Program-made: the position numbers and the translations under genes
In this document: piece by piece, positions 60,241 to 64,000 of the stretch
How the letters are laid out: each line of letters begins with the position of its first letter
Position numbering within the stretch: the first letter of the stretch is position 1
The notes under the pieces: generated by a model
Told to the model about the DNA's origin: nothing
Databases searched by the model: none
Seen by the model: the letters and a program-made list of their open reading frames with translations, nothing else
Assembly (NCBI RefSeq): GCF_902459465.1
Contig: NC_047064.1
Span: 10,565,160 to 10,629,159, forward strand
Source: Asterias rubens
Taxonomy: Eukaryota
DNA: 64,000 bases
Direction: 5' to 3'

Positions 60241-61142
60241 AATTCCCTTGGGGTTCATTATTTGAAACAACCCCTGGTCTTTTTTTTTGTCAATCTTTCA
60301 ATCCTTTTGCAAGAACTAGATGCTAATCAAAGATTACTGAGTGCCAAAGGCACAAGATGGGGTACATGGAGCTCTACACATCTATCGTTAGAAAATCACC
60401 AGTGCCATTTCAGCAAGCAAACCTTTTGCCTCTCATCCACAGCAATGGTAGATCTATTGTTGCATGAAAAGAGATGCTTGCTAAAATGACGCACATTCCA
60501 CAATTTACCTGAGTTCCCCCATCTTGTGCCTTCGATTATATGATCTTGATAAAAAGTAGCTGCTGAGTTAGTGGAGATTTGGAGAACAAATTATAATTCG
60601 AGGTTATAAACATTTTATTGTTTTGTTGTTATGTGTTGGTTAAGAGTTGTGAAGTGTGCACCCAGGACGTTTATGAAGGCGGAGTCCTCTAGAACGAGGG
60701 ATACCCCAGTGCACACACTCGGGTCTCTTTATAGACCCAAGTTCCATATGACGCCACACTCTCAAAAATCGAGACAGATCATTGGATCATTCTCTGTGTG
60801 TAAATATGTGCCTGTGACATTAGCATACCCTACTTGGTACCATTTCACGTTATAATGTAAGGGATCTATTGATTTATATAGACCACTTACTCATGAACAA
60901 TGTGTGTCTACCATTTCCATCATTTTGGTAGTCAAATCTTCTATGAATGTTTGTGCGCGATTTTGAGTCTCAAAATGGCATACAGGCTGGGAATGTATAG
61001 GTGCGCTGCGCATTGTGCAACGGGTCTATACCATTTCACCAATCAATTCAGCTGTCAAATGAGTCCTATTATTTGTCTTTTATTGAAATGAATCTTATAA
61101 TGTTAATTCTTTTAAACATTTTGATTTGTTTTTCAATACCAG

Positions 61143-61263
61143 GAAGAAATACGTCCAGAGAACATACCTAATGTGATACGCAATGAAGACTTTGTTGCTG
61201 CTATTCAGCGTGCTGGAGTGTCATTTTCATTCGATCCACAGGACAGACTATTCCGTGCCCATG
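61143..61263 (+). CDS. AGPS: AGPS exon 5
   Basis: Translation EEIRPENIPNVIRNEDFVAAIQRAGVSFSFDPQDRLFRAH matches human [33 protein letters not shown]. Acceptor is caataccag and donor is G|GTAATC. Confidence 0.9.
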
Positions 61264-62187
61264 GTAATCTTGATTTCTGTTCAACTCAAACACTGCAAAG
61301 TAAACCGTTTTTTTGGACGACGACAAATGAGTAATAATACTCTATAGCTCTTATCCCCGGTGGAATGCAGCCCCAAGGGAGGCCCCAGGACCCTTTTTTA
61401 ACCCACAGTTACCCTGGCTCACTTTCACACTGTGTCCCTATTCCATGGTGTTCCGTTGCCAAATCTATACTTGTAACCATGGAGGAAGGAAGAGGAGGAG
61501 CTCGAATGACCCGCAAAACCGTAGAGTAACAAAAAAATACCCTGACAATGCCCCTGTCTGACCAGTGGAAAAAGATAGGAGACCTCCAGCTGGACCGCTG
61601 ATTAACGAGCGGGATTAGATCTCTTTGTACAGAACCTGTGATACCGCCGCTCTGCACCGTTGCCTTCGTGTAAAGTTGAATCATTGGAGACAAGAACCGT
61701 GAATACACGCGTTTTCATTGACCGTTTGTGGTGTTTACATGGAAATATCATAGCATATTTTTACATTTTTTGCAACTTTCCAGTTTTTAAGCAGGGACAG
61801 TTGTGCCATATCACGCGATACGCGCGATGCCCACAGCATTCCCTTATAAGGAGTTGTTTACCCAAGGGTGATGGAGGGCCTTACCATTTCAGAGCTGGAG
61901 GGGTGTTGTGTGGAAAGAAATCATTGAACAATTAAAAATTTTGCATTTATTTAACTTTTTGACCGAAAGTGTTGATGTTTTTTGACCGAAAAAGGTATTT
62001 ATGAATGGGAATCAAAGTGTGTTGAATCTGTTTTCAACTAGTGGTTTAAACCCACCGAGGCCTGGTTCTTGATAATTTACCTCGACTTCGTCTCGGTTAA
62101 ATTATCAAGAACCAGGCCTCGTTGGGATTAAACCACTAGTTGAAAACCTCTTCACCACACATTGATTCCCTTAGTTTATCATTGTAA

Positions 62188-62735
<548 letters not shown>

Positions 62736-63054
62736 TAAAAAGAACCTGTTTCTTTTAAATATAAAAATACATTTGGGATTATCACAACAGGTTGTATCAA
62801 CACAAGACAAGACAACTGACCCAAAAAATAGACCCTTTTTTACAAGTTGTACTTTGACTTGGAAGAAATCTTTTATCAAAAGAACTGATTTTATTAAAGA
62901 TCAACTTAAATTAATTTATTGTTCTTTTGATACAGAAAGGTAGTTGAGATTGTAATGATTACATGTAAATGAGTAAAACTCAATTAAACATTTTTCCTAA
63001 AACTCAACATTTTCAATCGTTTCATAATAGGCAAAAAATTCATGAAAAGCCCCT

Positions 63055-63700
63055 AATGGGCTAAGAATCAAAACAGTAGGCCCGGGCGAATTATTTGAAT
63101 ATCCGGTTAATGGCGAATAGGTTTTCCTATCCGTAACAGCGAATGCCTTTTTTTTCTTAACTGGATATCCGCATAGGGCGCGAATAGCTATTTATAAACC
63201 GGATAGTTCTGTAATTACAACCAAGTAACCGGATATTCTTTAATATCCGAATATCCGCTGACGTCGGGCGACAACTGATAGGAATATTTTGTCTGAATCC
63301 TTATGAAACTTCTATTAAGACAGCATAAAACAGCATAAATTAAGTATTTAACTATGCTCACCTCCATGAAGAGTTAAAACAATGACATTTGTGACGTATT
63401 TGTTCAAAGATTACGAAAGTTTTCCTTCATGTAGAGTCAATCACGATCAAAAGAAACAGCAAATCGCCATCTTTAAATTAGATCCGGTTATTTTTATGAA
63501 TGAACCGAGTGACACTGTCTAAAACTAATATAAATCCGCCCATAAGATCTCATTCACAAACGAACAGCGCCCTCTAGCGGCCAATTCATTTTTTTAATAG
63601 CGCTCTCTTGTGGGGAAAAAACTATTCAAATATCCGGTTAATTTCGGATAGTTGGCCAGCGGTATCCGAATACCAAAATTTCACTATTCGCCCAGCACTA
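63055..63700. mobile_element. Candidate non-autonomous DNA transposon with short TIRs and subterminal ATCCG-containing repeats
   Basis: Termini cccgggcgaattatttgaatatccggttaat and tattcgcccagcac. There are multiple subterminal copies of tatccgaata, ccggatat and atatccggttaat. No long ORF is present. Confidence 0.4.
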
Positions 63701-64000
63701 CAAAACAGCATTGTGACCTCACACTATGGATTTGGTCCAATCAAGACAATGGAAAATGCATAGCAACAAACTTACACAACTTTCATCCAGTCCGAGTTAT
63801 GACATAGTTTACAGCACAGCTTGGACCGTTCTTCTGAGGCACCGGTACTTCAGTGTTTATTTCACTGTTCATTTGTATGCGTCTTTGCTGGGAACCCATG
63901 CAGGGCACAGCCAACAGGTGGAACAAAAACAATACTTAAAAAATCCAAAAAGGGGAACTAGTTTCCCGATAAAGTATCGACAAAATAAGCTACACCCTTA

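Overview
The window is eukaryotic: AT-rich, with GT-AG introns and dense interspersed repeats. The gene content looks like a deuterostome invertebrate, possibly an echinoderm, but that is a guess. The dominant feature is a 28-exon plus-strand gene (about 18.1-47.3 kb) encoding a PARP4/vault-PARP orthologue. It carries a PARP regulatory and catalytic domain with an intact H-Y-E triad, a VIT domain, a vWA domain, a proline-rich region and the C-terminal MVP-interaction region, ending at a TGA stop at 47266-47268. The 28 exons sum to 5217 nt (1739 codons including the stop) with every intron phase consistent. The N-terminal BRCT-encoding exons were not found in the window. Downstream on the plus strand are the first six exons of an alkylglycerone-phosphate synthase (AGPS) orthologue (52600-62293), which continues past the window end. 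Upstream on the minus strand is a complete C-type lectin domain encoded by three exons (4883->2600) with EPN and WND motifs. A second, tandem CTLD gene begins with an exon at 1129->909, and a CR1/L2-like LINE 3' fragment (112-894) sits in its intron. The rest is repeat sequence: at least five MITE families (one very abundant TTAA-flanked family, a TAA/TTA-flanked Tourist-like family, and three hairpin families), LINE 3' tails, a frameshifted Ty3/gypsy RT fragment, a (GGTCTT)n hexamer array, a 23-bp minisatellite, a CTG-rich microsatellite, a roughly 40-bp satellite and many G/C homopolymer runs. The long six-frame ORFs at 32.5-33.3 kb, 36.4-36.9 kb and 44.5-45.1 kb are repeat translation artefacts. 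I found no prokaryote-style novel system. The points most worth follow-up are the missing BRCT exons, repeated placement of MITE termini 25-35 nt upstream of PARP4 acceptor sites, an inverted repeat pair bracketing AGPS exons 2-3, and a TTAA insertion hotspot with nested elements. All coordinates were counted by hand and may be off by 1-3 nt.
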